Shown here one piece after another: positions 44,159 through 54,158 of a stretch of 64,000 bases of DNA. The first letter of the stretch is position 1. Each line of letters opens with the position of its first letter. The position numbers and the translations under genes were made by a program. This DNA comes from Gemmatimonadaceae bacterium (lineage in GTDB: Bacteria; Gemmatimonadota; Gemmatimonadetes; Gemmatimonadales; Gemmatimonadaceae): the NCBI GenBank assembly GCA_036273715.1, contig DASUHB010000064.1, forward strand, positions 46,495 through 110,494. Reading direction: 5' to 3'. The notes under the pieces are model-generated. The model was not told the DNA's origin and ran no database searches. It saw only the letters and a program-made list of their open reading frames with translations.

Positions 44159-46614
44159 TGAGCGGCCGCCCGGCCGACGTCCCGCGCGAAGCGCGTGCGG
44201 GGCGTGGGAGTGCCGCGGGTACGGATCTGACGTTCGCGCTGCGGCAACTTCGGCGGCACCCGGCGTTCGCGACTGTGGCGGTGTTGACATTGGCGTTAGG
44301 CATCGGCGTCACGACGGCAATGTTCAGCGTCGTGCACAACTTGCTGCTCGATCCGGCTCCGTTCCGGGATAGCGGCCGCATCGTCCGCCTCTATGAAACC
44401 ACACCAGGATACGGTCTTGACCAGGGCTCCGGTCCACAAACCATTTTACTGATGCCATCGAGGCCGATCGCGGATGCGTGGCGTGATCGCGCTCGGACCC
44501 TCGAGAAGGTTGTGTGGCTGCAGCCGCGCGACGATGCCCTGCTTGTCGGCGGAGCCGAGCCCGAGCTCGTTCATGCCGAGGCGATGTCCGCCGATGTGCC
44601 GTCCTTTCTGGGCGTTAGGCCAGTGCTCGGTCGCAGCTTCACTCCGGACGAAACTACGCGGCGCGCTGCTCCGAGCGTTCTCTTGGGCTATGGCTTGTGG
44701 CGCAGTCGGTTTGGTGGTGCGCGAGACGTTGTCGGGCGTGGACTCGACGTGAACGGGACAGTGCACACCATCGTCGGTGTCATGCCGGCCGGGATCGACC
44801 TGCCGGGGGCGCCGCCGATCGGTGTTTGGCTTCCACTCGTGGACACCGGCGACAGCGGCATCGTGATACCATGGGCACGCCTGCGCCGCGGAGTTTCAGT
44901 CGTGATGGCAGAGCGGGAGCTCGCAGGCATTCTGGCCGCCACCGCGCGGCCTTGGACACCTGCGGGGCAGCAACCGGGTGTTCAAGTCGTTCCACTTCGC
45001 GAGTACCTCGGCTCCCATGTCGAGAAGACGATGGCGTTGGTCGCCGGGGCCGTGGGGCTAGTCTTGCTCATCGCCTGCGGGAACGTGGCCAATCTCTTCC
45101 TCGCGCGGGCAGCGAGCAGACAGCGCGAGCTCTCGATGCGTATTGCGTTAGGCGCTAGTCGAGGTCGCCTGCTGCGGCAATTCGCAGTAGAGAGTCTGTG
45201 CGTCACAATCATGGGCGGGGCGCTTGGTGTGCTGGTGGCGTGGCGTGGTATCGCCCTGGTTGACTCAACGCGGCCGGCTGTGCTGGATGCACTCGACTCG
45301 GCACGGCTAGACGGCACGTCGGTTCTCTGGACCGTCGGGATTTCGATTGCGACAGGATTGGCGTTCGGGATAGTGCCGTTGCTGATCGGCGCTCAGCGAA
45401 ATCCCGCAGACGTGCTCAAGAGCACTTCGCGAACGGCTTCGGGCGGCCGCGACGTTGGCCGACTTCGCGCTGCGCTCATTGTCGGTGAGGTCGGCCTGTC
45501 CACGGCGCTGCTGGTTGCGGCGGCCTTGCTGATTCGGACGGTGCACAGTCTGCAGAAGGAAGATATCGGCTTTGACCCGCACAATCTCACCGCGCTGTAT
45601 GTGTCGCTGCCGCGGACTCTTTATGCGGCACCTGCTCAGAAAAAGGCCGTGATGGATCGGCTCGTTCGGCACGTGCGCCTTCTTCAGGGAGTTGAGGACG
45701 TGACACTCGCGCACGGAGCACCTCCATACTCCGGCGTCGCGATTGGCGCGGCCATGGAAATCGCCGGCCGCCCAACAGGCGCAAACGACTCGGTAAAGAT
45801 GATTGGCTACGACGTCGTGCAGCCGGACTACTTCAGGGTGCTTCGGCTGCCAGTCGTGGCCGGTCGGATTTTCGATGAGGACACGCTGACACACACTGCC
45901 ATGGTCAGCACGGAAACGGCTCGCCACTTCTGGCCTGGGAGTAGTGCGTTAGGCAAGCGATTTCGTATCGACCCTAAGGGGCCATGGCACGTCGTCGTAG
46001 GCGTCGTGGCCCAGATGAAGGCACCTGGCTTCGCCGGGGCGCTCGCGGATCAGATCTACGAACCGTCCGGAGCAAACACGGGCACAACGATGATCCTTCG
46101 GACGCGTGGCGCTTCACCCGAGCTCCTCGCGTCGACGAGCCGATTGGCGGCAACGATCAATCCGCAGATCCGTATCAGTGGCAGGGCAATGGCGGCAGAG
46201 TTTGCGGCGCTCTTTGCAGGACGCCGTTTCACCATGTTCCTCTTGTCCGTGTTCGCGGGTATTGCGTTAGCCCTGTCGACTGTTGGACTTTATGGTGTGG
46301 TCGCGTACTCGGTCGTGCAGCGACGGCGAGAGATGGGAATCCGCTTGGCACTCGGCGCGCTCCCGTCCGCAATTACGCAGCTTGTCGTGATGGAGGCGGC
46401 GAGGTTGGTCGGCACTGGACTATTGCTCGGCGCCATCTTGACCTTCGCCCTGAGTCGCGTGTTGCGGTCATTGCTGGCGGAAATAGGGCGGGTGGATCCG
46501 GCCACTTGCACGATTGTGGCGTTGCTCTTGGCGGCCGCTGCGCTACTTGCCGCGTACGTGCCCGCGCATCGAGCGTCTCGTGTCGATCCGGTGATCGCAC
46601 TGCGCGCGGAGTAA
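44158..46614 (+). CDS. ADOP-type duplicated FtsX-like permease (orphan ABC permease)
   Basis: ATG 44158 shares one base with the SDR stop (TGATG). The N-terminus ...LRQLRRHPAFATVAVLTLALGIGVTTAMFS is the hallmark of MacB/FtsX-like ADOP proteins. Two FtsX domains and no adjacent ATPase. Confidence 0.8.
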   Translation: MSGRPADVPREARAGRGSAAGTDLTFALRQLRRHPAFATVAVLTLALGIGVTTAMFSVVHNLLLDPAPFRDSGRIVRLYETTPGYGLDQGSGPQTILLMPSRPIADAWRDRARTLEKVVWLQPRDDALLVGGAEPELVHAEAMSADVPSFLGVRPVLGRSFTPDETTRRAAPSVLLGYGLWRSRFGGARDVVGRGLDVNGTVHTIVGVMPAGIDLPGAPPIGVWLPLVDTGDSGIVIPWARLRRGVSVVMAERELAGILAATARPWTPAGQQPGVQVVPLREYLGSHVEKTMALVAGAVGLVLLIACGNVANLFLARAASRQRELSMRIALGASRGRLLRQFAVESLCVTIMGGALGVLVAWRGIALVDSTRPAVLDALDSARLDGTSVLWTVGISIATGLAFGIVPLLIGAQRNPADVLKSTSRTASGGRDVGRLRAALIVGEVGLSTALLVAAALLIRTVHSLQKEDIGFDPHNLTALYVSLPRTLYAAPAQKKAVMDRLVRHVRLLQGVEDVTLAHGAPPYSGVAIGAAMEIAGRPTGANDSVKMIGYDVVQPDYFRVLRLPVVAGRIFDEDTLTHTAMVSTETARHFWPGSSALGKRFRIDPKGPWHVVVGVVAQMKAPGFAGALADQIYEPSGANTGTTMILRTRGASPELLASTSRLAATINPQIRISGRAMAAEFAALFAGRRFTMFLLSVFAGIALALSTVGLYGVVAYSVVQRRREMGIRLALGALPSAITQLVVMEAARLVGTGLLLGAILTFALSRVLRSLLAEIGRVDPATCTIVALLLAAAALLAAYVPAHRASRVDPVIALRAE

Positions 46615-46636
46615 TAGGGTGCGCGCAGGCGAGCGG

Positions 46637-47746
46637 CTACTTCCAGCGGAATAACTTCAACGCGACGAGGAAGCTGACCACCAGCCAGGCCAGGGTTATG
46701 CCTAACTCGCCGGCCACGTGGCCGAGCCCCGCACCCTGAAGCATGTTCGCGCGCAGGGCGTTGTTCACCGCGGTGAGCGGCAGCGCCTGGATGAAGGGCT
46801 GCATCGTCTTCGGGAAGTTCGAGGCCGAGAAGAAGACGCCCGAGAACACCCACATCGGCAGCATCACTAAATTCATCAGGCCCGACGCGCCTTCCACCGT
46901 GCGCGCGCGCGAGGCGACCAGAAGTCCCATCGCGCCGAAGGTGAGCGACGCGATGAGGCAGATGAACGCCAGCTCGAGGTACGAGCCGCGCAGCGGAACG
47001 CCGAAAATCAGCGCGCCGAAGCCCAACAGCGTCACCACCTCGAAGAAGAGCATCGTCAGGCGCGACAGCAGGAACGATGCGAGGTATTCGGGCTTGCGCA
47101 TCGGCGTCGCGATGAGCCGCTTGAGCAGCTTCTTCTTGCGCGCGTCGACGATGGCGAAGCCGATGCCCCAGATGCCGCTGCCCATCAGGTTCATGCCTAA
47201 CAGGCCCGGAATCACGAAGTCGATGTAGCGCGATCCGCGCTCGTGGATGTGCTGGTCGCCCGCGGCCACCGGGTCGCGCCGCCCCGCCGCGCGCTGGACT
47301 GCAGCATCGGCGACGAGCCGTGCGGCGCGCGCTTCGGGCCGCGTGTCGTCATAGCGGTAGGACACGGCGCCGGCGCCCTGCGGCACCACGACGAGTGCTA
47401 CCTCGCCGGTGCGCAATGCCTGCGCGGCGGCGCTGTCGTCGAGCAGATCGACATTGAGCGACGAATCGCTGCGTAAGGCTGCCGCGAGCGGCGCCGCACC
47501 CGGCGCGGTGGACAACACCGCGACGTGCTGCTTTTCCGCGGGCCGATTCCGGAACGCGATGCCGAGTCCGGCTGCGAGCAGCACCGGGAAGACGAAGACC
47601 CAGAAAACCGCCTCCGGCTCGCGCAAGAACTCGCGGTAGCGCACGAGCGTGAGCTGCACCAACGAGCTGTCGCGAACGCCGCGCGGCTTTCGCGGCGCTC
47701 GGGCCTGGCTCTCCCGTGCGGGCGGGGCGAGCGTCGTCTCAGTCAT
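46637..47746 (-). CDS. ABC-2 type transporter permease
   Basis: Start at ATG 47746 overlaps the ATPase stop by 8 nt. Large first loop followed by 5-6 TMs, as is typical of ABC-2 exporters. Confidence 0.75.
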   Translation of the reverse strand: MTETTLAPPARESQARAPRKPRGVRDSSLVQLTLVRYREFLREPEAVFWVFVFPVLLAAGLGIAFRNRPAEKQHVAVLSTAPGAAPLAAALRSDSSLNVDLLDDSAAAQALRTGEVALVVVPQGAGAVSYRYDDTRPEARAARLVADAAVQRAAGRRDPVAAGDQHIHERGSRYIDFVIPGLLGMNLMGSGIWGIGFAIVDARKKKLLKRLIATPMRKPEYLASFLLSRLTMLFFEVVTLLGFGALIFGVPLRGSYLELAFICLIASLTFGAMGLLVASRARTVEGASGLMNLVMLPMWVFSGVFFSASNFPKTMQPFIQALPLTAVNNALRANMLQGAGLGHVAGELGITLAWLVVSFLVALKLFRWK

Positions 47747-48659
47747 CGCGCAAATGCCGTCCGGTGAGCGACACGAACACATCCTCCAGCGTGGCCGAGT
47801 GCGTCTGCAACTCGTTCATCTCGATGCCGCGCTGGGTAAGCGCAGCGAGCAAGGCCGGCACGACGCGGTGCAGCTCCGAGACATCCAGTTGGAAGCCGCC
47901 ATTCTCGGCGCGCGCATCGAGGACGCCGTCGATGGCGCGCAACGCCGAGAGATCGATTCGGGCGGCCTGCGATGCCGAGAACGTCACCACATGCTCTGCG
48001 CGCCGGGCGCGGATCAACTCGCGCGGCGTGCCGAGCGCGATCACCTTGCCGTGGTCCATGATCGCGACGCGATCGCAGAGGCGTTCGGCCTCATCCATAT
48101 AGTGGGTGGTGAGGACGATTGTTCGGCCGGCAGCGCGGAACTGCTCGATGAGATCCCAGAGCTGTCGCCGCGCCTGCGGATCGAGTCCCGTGGTTGGTTC
48201 ATCGAGGAAAAGCAGATCAGGGTCGCCGACCAGCGCGCAGGCAAGGGCGAGCCGCTGCTTCTGACCACCGGACAGACCGCCGACGCGCGAGTGCTGCTTC
48301 TCCTCGAGCTGCACGAGCGCGATGACATCGGACACCTCTCGTCCTTCGCGAAAGAAGGACCGAAAGAGTCGCACCGTTTCCTCGACGGTGAGTTTTTCGG
48401 AGAGCTGCGTCTCCTGCAGCTGGATTCCGAGGCGCTCGCGGAGCTCGCGCGGCTGTTCGGTCCACCGGCGGCCCAGGACGATGACATCGCCGCTGTCGGG
48501 ACTAGTGAGGCCTTCGCAGATCTCGATGGTGGTGGTTTTGCCGGCGCCGTTGGGTCCGAGGAGGCCGAAGCACTCACCCGCGCGCACGTCGAGGTCGAGG
48601 CCATCGACGGCCACGACATCCGGATACGACTTGCGGAGGGATCGGATCGTGAGGGACAT
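47739..48659 (-). CDS. ABC transporter ATP-binding protein
   Basis: From ATG 48659: Walker A GPNGAGKTT, the signature LSGGQKQRL, and Walker B LLFLDEPTTGLD. The longer track ORF N-terminus is off-frame-like. Confidence 0.9.
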   Translation of the reverse strand: MSLTIRSLRKSYPDVVAVDGLDLDVRAGECFGLLGPNGAGKTTTIEICEGLTSPDSGDVIVLGRRWTEQPRELRERLGIQLQETQLSEKLTVEETVRLFRSFFREGREVSDVIALVQLEEKQHSRVGGLSGGQKQRLALACALVGDPDLLFLDEPTTGLDPQARRQLWDLIEQFRAAGRTIVLTTHYMDEAERLCDRVAIMDHGKVIALGTPRELIRARRAEHVVTFSASQAARIDLSALRAIDGVLDARAENGGFQLDVSELHRVVPALLAALTQRGIEMNELQTHSATLEDVFVSLTGRHLRDD

Positions 48660-48897
48660 GGGCGCGGCCAAAGGGACGCGAAATATAGCGGGGGCAAGGA
48701 GAGAGGAAGTGGGAGCGGGCGCGGCCAGCGGCCGGCGGCGAGCGCGCGTCTCGCGCGGGGCGCGACCCGGGCGCCAGATTGCGTGAGAGGCTATCGACCG
48801 GACTTGTGAGGGAGCGCGGATTGGATACTTTATCCCGGAGCTGCCAATTGAAGCAGCGTGGCTGCGACGACCGTTCACCGTTAGGCAGCGAGCGCAC

Positions 48898-49641
48898 ATG
48901 ATCAACCCACCGGCACCCAGGTCCGGCATCCGCACCGATGGCGCGGCGGGCACGCTTGCGCCTCGGGCCCCGGCGGGCGCGCCGATCGAACGATTCACCC
49001 TGGCCGGCGCGACTCTCCAGGCGATCCGGGAGCGCATTCTTTCCGGTGCCTATGCGGAGGGCGATCCGCTTCGGCAGGATGCGATTGCCGCTGAGCTGGG
49101 TGTGAGCCGCATACCGGTGCGCGAGGCGCTGCGGCAGCTAGAAGTCGAGGGACTGGTTACATTCAGTCCCCATCGTGGCGCTGTAGTGTCAACATTTTCG
49201 CTCGCGGAAATCGAAGAACTATTCGAGCTGCGGGCGCAGATCGAAGCGGATCTGGTGCGCCGAGCGGTGCCGAGGATGACGCCGCCAGACTTCGCGCGGG
49301 CGGAGGAAGTACTGGACGCATACGATTCCGCATTTCGGCGGCGAGACATCGCCGCTTGGGGTGAGCTCAACTGGCATCTGCACTCGACTGTGCTGGCGCC
49401 GGCGCAGCGACCGCTTACGCTTGGGATTGCGGAGCGGTTGCATCGACACGCCGAACGGTATGCTCGGATGCAGCTCGCGTTGACGCATGGCGAGTCCCGG
49501 GCGAGTGAGGAGCATCGCGCTATCGTGACGGCGGCGCGGCGTCACAACGCGGATCGCGCGGCGCAGCTCATGGGGACGCACATCACGGGGGCGGGTCGTT
49601 CGCTCATCCGCTTCCTCCGCGAACGGCGGGGCGAGGGCTGA
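48898..49641 (+). CDS. GntR family (FadR/FCD subfamily) transcriptional regulator
   Basis: HTH segment LRQDAIAAELGVSRIPVREALRQLEVEGLV plus a C-terminal FCD-like helical domain. Heads the hydroxyproline operon. Confidence 0.8.
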   Translation: MINPPAPRSGIRTDGAAGTLAPRAPAGAPIERFTLAGATLQAIRERILSGAYAEGDPLRQDAIAAELGVSRIPVREALRQLEVEGLVTFSPHRGAVVSTFSLAEIEELFELRAQIEADLVRRAVPRMTPPDFARAEEVLDAYDSAFRRRDIAAWGELNWHLHSTVLAPAQRPLTLGIAERLHRHAERYARMQLALTHGESRASEEHRAIVTAARRHNADRAAQLMGTHITGAGRSLIRFLRERRGEG

Positions 49642-51086
49642 TGACGTCGGCGGTTCTGGCTGACCTGGTGGGGGGAGCCTTTCGACCGGCGGCGGGCGGG
49701 GCGACGGTTGCGTCGGTGAATCCGTCTGACGAGTCCGACATCGTCGCGATGGTGCCCGAGGGCTCTGCGGCGTCGGCGCGGGCGGCGGCGGATGCGGCGG
49801 CAGAAGCGTTAGGCGGCTGGCGATCACTGACCGGGCCGGCACGGGCCGAGCATCTGTACAACTGGGCCGAGGTCATCCGGCAGCGCGCGGACGAGCTGGC
49901 GCGGGCGATGACGCGCGAGGTGGGGAAGCCGATCGCCGAGTCGCGCGGCGAGGTGGCGCGGGCGGTGGTGATCCTGCGGTACTATGCGGGCGAGGCGGTG
50001 CGCGCGGTGGGCGAGGTGATTCCATCGCAGGCGCCGGGCGCGCTGCAGTTCACGCTGCAGGAGCCGTTAGGCGTGGTGGCGCTCGTCACGCCGTGGAATT
50101 TTCCGCTGGCGATTCCGCTTTGGAAGGCGGCGCCGGCGCTGGCGTTCGGCAACACGGTGGTGCTCAAGCCGTCGGAGATGTCGGCGCAGGTCGCGTCGCT
50201 CCTGGCCGAGACGGCCGTCGCGGCCAAGCTGCCGCCGGGCGTGTTCAACGTCGTGCACGGGATCGGGCCTAACGTCGGCACGCCGCTGCTCGAGCATTCC
50301 GCGGTGCGGGGCATCTCGTTCACGGGCTCGAGCGCCGTGGGCGCGCAGGTCGCCGCGCTCGCCGCGCGGCGGAACGTGCGCTTCCAGACCGAGATGGGCG
50401 GCAAGAACGTGCTGATTGTGGCGCAGGACGCCGACCTCGATGCCGCCGCGTCGCTGGCGGCATCGGGCGCGATGCGCTACGCGGGCCAGAAGTGTACGGC
50501 GACGAGCCGCGTCGTGGTGGTGCGCGATGTCGCGGCCGACTTTCTGGCCCGGCTGCGGGCGCAGATCGAGCGGCTTCCGTTAGGCCCGGTGGACGACCCG
50601 GCCGCGGCCGTCGGTCCGGTGATCAGCGCGCGTTCGCGCGCTTCGATCGCGACGGCGTTGCGCGACGCGCGGCCGGAGCGCCTGTTCGGCGGCGAGCTGC
50701 CCAACGACGCGCGGTTCGCCCGCGGATATTTCGTGGCCCCGCTGGTCATCCGGCTGGCCGATCCGGATGCGCCGCTCGCCCAACGCGAGCTGTTCGGCCC
50801 GGTGCTCGGTGTGTTCGAGGCGGAGGATCTCGATCACGCGATCCATCTGGCGAACCGCACGCCGTTCGGGCTGAGCGCGTCGCTGTTCACGCGCGACATC
50901 CGGTCGGCGCTCAAGTACGTGCGCAGGATCGAGGTCGGGCTGGTGCGTGTGAACGGCGACACGACCGGCGTCGACCCGCACGCGCCGTTCGGCGGCATGA
51001 AGGGCTCGAGCTCGGGCAGTCGCGAGCAGGGGCCGGCGGCGCGCGAGTTCTACACCGAGACCAAGACGGTCCAGATCAACCCGTGA
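49641..51086 (+). CDS. NAD(P)-dependent aldehyde dehydrogenase (alpha-ketoglutarate semialdehyde dehydrogenase by context)
   Basis: ALDH motifs TPWNFPL, EMGGKN and GQKCTATSR (catalytic Cys). The functional assignment comes from operon context. Confidence 0.8.
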   Translation: MTSAVLADLVGGAFRPAAGGATVASVNPSDESDIVAMVPEGSAASARAAADAAAEALGGWRSLTGPARAEHLYNWAEVIRQRADELARAMTREVGKPIAESRGEVARAVVILRYYAGEAVRAVGEVIPSQAPGALQFTLQEPLGVVALVTPWNFPLAIPLWKAAPALAFGNTVVLKPSEMSAQVASLLAETAVAAKLPPGVFNVVHGIGPNVGTPLLEHSAVRGISFTGSSAVGAQVAALAARRNVRFQTEMGGKNVLIVAQDADLDAAASLAASGAMRYAGQKCTATSRVVVVRDVAADFLARLRAQIERLPLGPVDDPAAAVGPVISARSRASIATALRDARPERLFGGELPNDARFARGYFVAPLVIRLADPDAPLAQRELFGPVLGVFEAEDLDHAIHLANRTPFGLSASLFTRDIRSALKYVRRIEVGLVRVNGDTTGVDPHAPFGGMKGSSSGSREQGPAAREFYTETKTVQINP

Positions 51087-51997
51087 CGACATCCATGCGC
51101 ACCGACGATTGGCGCGGCGTGTTTCCCGCGATTACGACGCCGTTTCGCGACGACCTGAGCGTCGACCACGAGTTCCTGTGCGAGCACGCGGCGTGGATGG
51201 TGGCCCAGGGCGCCACCGGCCTGGTGCCGCTCGGCTCGTTAGGCGAAGCGCCGGCGCTGTCGTTCGACGAGAAAGTGCGTATCCTCGAGACGTGCCGGAG
51301 CGCGCTCCGCGCCGGCACGCCGCTCATCGCCGGCATCTCGGCGTCCAGCACGGCGGAAGCGGTGGCGCTGGCGAAGGAGGCGCATCGCGCCGGGTGCGAC
51401 GGGCTGATGGTGCTGCCGCCATACGTCTATCGGGGCGATTGGCGGGAAACGAAGGCGCACGTGACGGCGGTGCTTCGCGCGACGCCGCTGTCGTGCATGC
51501 TGTACAACAATCCGATCGCGTACGGCACCGACTTCGTGCCGGAGCAGATCCGCGAGCTGGCGCAACACGACAACCTGCACGCGGTCAAGGAATCGAGCGG
51601 CGACGTGCGGCGCATCACGGCGATCAGGCAGTTGTTAGGCGACCGGTTGACGATCCTGGTGGGCCTGGATGATCTGGCCGTGGAGGGCGTCGCGGCCGGT
51701 GCGCAGGGGTGGATTGCGGGATTGGTGAACGCGCTGCCGGCGCAGACGATGCGGCTGTGGGAGCACGCGACGGCCGGCCGGTGGCGTGAGGCGCGCGCGC
51801 TGTACGACTGGTTCCTGCCGCTGTTGCGGCTCGACACGACTCCGAAGTTCGTCCAGCTGATCAAGCTCGTGCAGCGCGAGGTAGGGAAGGGAAGCGCGCG
51901 GGTGCGGCCGCCGCGGCTCGAACTGGATGGCGACGAGCTCGACGCCGCGCTGGCGGGCATCCGCGCGACGCTCGCGTCGGCGGAGGCGCGCGGGTGA
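51083..51997 (+). CDS. DapA/dihydrodipicolinate synthase family lyase (delta1-pyrroline-4-hydroxy-2-carboxylate deaminase by context)
   Basis: GTG 51083 (GTGA overlap) or ATG 51095. Contains FPAITTPF, GSLGEA and the AVKESSGD Schiff-base lysine region. Confidence 0.8.
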   Translation: MTTSMRTDDWRGVFPAITTPFRDDLSVDHEFLCEHAAWMVAQGATGLVPLGSLGEAPALSFDEKVRILETCRSALRAGTPLIAGISASSTAEAVALAKEAHRAGCDGLMVLPPYVYRGDWRETKAHVTAVLRATPLSCMLYNNPIAYGTDFVPEQIRELAQHDNLHAVKESSGDVRRITAIRQLLGDRLTILVGLDDLAVEGVAAGAQGWIAGLVNALPAQTMRLWEHATAGRWREARALYDWFLPLLRLDTTPKFVQLIKLVQREVGKGSARVRPPRLELDGDELDAALAGIRATLASAEARG

Positions 51998-52962
51998 GCA
52001 CGGCGGCCGGTACGATCGACGCCATCGAGGTGGTCGACTCGCACACCGAGGGCGAGCCGACGCGGGTGGTGATCGCCGGATGGCCGTTGCCTAACGGTAC
52101 GACGATGGCCGAGCGCCGCGAGTCGATGCGCCGCGATCAGGATCGGCTGCGCCAGGCCGTGATTCTCGAGCCGCGCGGGCACGACGCCGTCGTCGGCGCG
52201 CTGCTCACCCCGGCGGTGAGTCCGGGCGCGGCGACGGGCGTGGTGTTCTTCAACGACGTCGGCTATCTCGGGATGTGCGGGCACGGGCTCATCGGCGTGG
52301 TGCGCACGCTGGAGCATCTGGGGCGCATCGGCCCGGGGGCGGTCTGCGTGGATACGCCGGTCGGACTCGTGCGTGCGGAGCTCGCGCGAGACGGGTCGGT
52401 GTCGCTCGAGAACGTGCCGTCGTTCGTGCATCGGGAAGAGGTGGCGCTCGAGGTGCCGGGTGTGGGCGCGGTGTGCGGCGACGTGGCCTGGGGCGGCAAC
52501 TGGTTCTTCCTAACGGAGCTCGACGGCGCCGAGCTGGGGTTGTCGCGGGTGCGCGAGCTGACGCAGGCGACGATGGCGATTCGCGATGCGCTGGCGCGCG
52601 CCGGCGTGAGGGGCGAGCATGGCGCGCCGGTGGATCACATCGAGCTGTTCGGGCCGCCGGCGCGGGAGGACGCAGACAGCCGGAACTTCGTGTTGTGTCC
52701 GGGCGCCGCGTACGACCGCTCGCCGTGCGGCACCGGCACATCGGCGAAGATGGCGACGCTGCACACGCGCGGCAAACTCCGAGCGGGCGAGCGGTGGCGC
52801 CAGGAGAGCATCACGGGCAGCCTGTTCACCGGGTGGGTGGAGGAGCGCGCGGGGATGCGCGGGGTGATCCCGCACATCGAGGGGCGCGCGTTCGTGACGG
52901 GGCGTGCGACGCTGCTCTTCGACCCGCGCGACCCGTTCCGGTTAGGCATCGCGGCCGCGTGA
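51994..52962 (+). CDS. 4-hydroxyproline 2-epimerase (Cys/Cys proline racemase family)
   Basis: Contains HTEGEPTRVV, LGMCGHGLIGV (first Cys) and DRSPCGTGTSAKMATL (second Cys). Embedded in a hydroxyproline catabolic operon. Confidence 0.85.
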   Translation: MSTAAGTIDAIEVVDSHTEGEPTRVVIAGWPLPNGTTMAERRESMRRDQDRLRQAVILEPRGHDAVVGALLTPAVSPGAATGVVFFNDVGYLGMCGHGLIGVVRTLEHLGRIGPGAVCVDTPVGLVRAELARDGSVSLENVPSFVHREEVALEVPGVGAVCGDVAWGGNWFFLTELDGAELGLSRVRELTQATMAIRDALARAGVRGEHGAPVDHIELFGPPAREDADSRNFVLCPGAAYDRSPCGTGTSAKMATLHTRGKLRAGERWRQESITGSLFTGWVEERAGMRGVIPHIEGRAFVTGRATLLFDPRDPFRLGIAAA

Positions 52963-54158
52963 CGGACGGCGCCCGGTTCGGCGCGCGGCGAACGGCGCGG
53001 CCGGATGTGGTGATCGTCGGCGCCGGCATCGTCGGCGCGGCGTGCGCCCTGGCGCTGGCGCGGGAACAGCTCGACGTGCAGATCGTCGATGCGTCGTTTG
53101 CCGGCAGCGGCTCGACCGCGGCGGCGATGGGCCATCTCGTCGTCATGGACGACACGCCCGCCCAACTGGCGTTGACGAGCTTCTCGCGCGGTCTCTGGGA
53201 CCGCATGGCGGATGAGCTGCCGGCCGGCTGCGAATACGAGATGCGCGGCACGGTGTGGGTGGCCGGCAACGACGAGGAGATGGAGGCAGCGCGGGCGAAG
53301 CAGGCCGTGTACGCCGCGCACGGCGTTGCCTCGTCGCTCGTGGATGCGGCGGAGTTGGCACGGATGGAGCCGGCGCTGCGGCCGGGCCTGGCCGGGGCGC
53401 TGTCGGTGCCGGGGGACGGCGTGCTGTACCCGCCTAACGCAGCGCGCTGGTGCATCGAGCGGGCGGTGGCGCTGGGCGCCGTGGTGCGCGAGCGGTGCGA
53501 GGCCGTTGCGCTTTCGCGCGGCGCCGTGCGCGTTCGCGCAGCGGGTGGCGTCGAGGAATCGATTTCGGCCGGCGCGATCGTCATCGCCGCGGGCATCGAT
53601 GCGCCGCGACTGGTGCCGGAGCTGCCGATCGTGCCGCGCAAGGGACATCTCGTGATCACCGACCGGTATCCGGGGCTGTGTCACGCGCAGCTTGTGGAAC
53701 TGGGGTACCTGCGGAGCGCGCACGGATTGAGCGGTGAATCGGTGGCGTTCAACGTGCAGCCGCGCGCGACCGGACAGCTGCTCATCGGATCGTCGCGCCA
53801 ACTGGCCGGGCGCGATGGCGCGATCGACGATGTTGTGTTAGGCGCGATGGTGCGGCGTGCGACGTCGTTCCTGCCGGCGTTGGCGCGGTGCGACGTCGTG
53901 CGGGTGTGGACCGGCTTTCGTCCGGCGACGCCCGACGGGCTGCCGTTGATCGGGCGGTGGCACGCGGAGCCGGGCGTGTGGATCGCCGCCGGGCATGAAG
54001 GGTTAGGCATCACGACGGCGCCCGGGACGGCGGCATTGATCGCAGCCGACCTCGTCGGCCGCGCGCCGCCGATCGACCCTGCGCCCTACGATCCCGGACG
54101 CCCGATGCGTCCAGCGAGCGACGCGACGCCGGAGGAGCACGCGTGCCGCGCGACGTGA
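52959..54158 (+). CDS. FAD-dependent oxidoreductase (DAO family; D-hydroxyproline dehydrogenase subunit by context)
   Basis: GTG 52959 overlaps the upstream TGA. Contains the VVIVGAGIVGAACALALA dinucleotide-binding fold. The 627-aa track ORF is an off-frame extension. Confidence 0.8.
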   Translation: MTDGARFGARRTARPDVVIVGAGIVGAACALALAREQLDVQIVDASFAGSGSTAAAMGHLVVMDDTPAQLALTSFSRGLWDRMADELPAGCEYEMRGTVWVAGNDEEMEAARAKQAVYAAHGVASSLVDAAELARMEPALRPGLAGALSVPGDGVLYPPNAARWCIERAVALGAVVRERCEAVALSRGAVRVRAAGGVEESISAGAIVIAAGIDAPRLVPELPIVPRKGHLVITDRYPGLCHAQLVELGYLRSAHGLSGESVAFNVQPRATGQLLIGSSRQLAGRDGAIDDVVLGAMVRRATSFLPALARCDVVRVWTGFRPATPDGLPLIGRWHAEPGVWIAAGHEGLGITTAPGTAALIAADLVGRAPPIDPAPYDPGRPMRPASDATPEEHACRAT

